DNA of 64,000 nucleotides from Chrysomallon squamiferum (lineage: Eukaryota > Animalia > Mollusca): NCBI GenBank assembly GCA_012295275.1, contig CM022665.1, positions 12,896,001-12,960,000 of the forward strand. Reading direction: 5' to 3'. This document shows, in pieces, positions 63,701 through 64,000 of this stretch. Made by a program: the position numbers and the translations under genes. A model generated the notes under the pieces. That model made no database searches. It saw only the letters and a list, made by a program, of their open reading frames with translations, and was not told the DNA's origin. Numbering within the stretch: position 1 is the stretch's first letter; the number at the start of each line of letters is the position of its first letter.

Positions 63701-63866
63701 CTAGTACGTGACAGTACTGTCCAGAACTAATTTCAAAACTGCAGCGAAAATCAGCAGAGGCAGAATTTGAACCAAGGATTCAGAGCTGTTCCCGCCATTA
63801 GATTCTGTCGTCGTGGCAACGGTACAAGCAGCCCAAGTGTCGTCAATAACTGAAGTATCACTTACA
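63701..63866 (-). CDS. Last exon of cluster gene 5 (paralog of gene 4); upstream exons lie beyond the window
   Basis: ttccag acceptor, phase 2 as in gene 4. VSDTSVIDDTWAACTVATTTESNGGNSSESLVQILPLLIFAAVLKLVLDSTVTY* shares IDDTWAAC and VATTTxSNGGNS with gene 4, followed by a hydrophobic tail. Confidence 0.8.
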
Positions 63867-63924
63867 CTGGAAATAAATAAAAATAACATATTTCATTGTT
63901 GTTTTTAATATTCATGGACAAACT

Positions 63925-63927
<3 letters not shown>

Positions 63928-63997
<70 letters not shown>
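63928..63997. repeat. (CT)n microsatellite
   Basis: Read directly from the sequence. Confidence 0.95.

Positions 63998-64000
<3 letters not shown>

Overview
AT-rich, microsatellite-laden animal DNA with GT-AG introns. SINE-like remnants suggest a mollusc, probably a gastropod (inference). Exons were spliced by hand. Left to right: (1) the probable 5' end of a minus-strand gene leaving the window on the left; (2) a 5-exon orphan gene of 142 aa (-, 10752-14638); (3) a CUB-sushi-sushi-CUB type-I membrane receptor (-, 19609-28425) whose long tail carries repeated YEN motifs and is broken by a 35-nt GT..AG duplication; (4) SKA3, head-to-head with it (+, 29899-35095); (5) a 7-exon, 582-aa Ro60/TROVE-like vWA protein with an RG-repeat N-terminus (+, 36752-41939); (6) a tandem minus-strand cluster of at least five tiny genes encoding signal peptide + short Thr/Ser-rich peptide + GPI-type tail (CD24/CD52-like architecture, 43083-63866), including a recent duplicate pair whose mature-peptide exon alone has diverged; (7) a decayed parvovirus capsid (VP) sequence (about 59820-60792) between the left and right ends of a Tigger/pogo DNA transposon (59655-63148). 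The microprotein cluster and the transposon-bracketed viral fossil are the most novel-looking signals. All homology calls rest on motif recognition from memory, not database searches.
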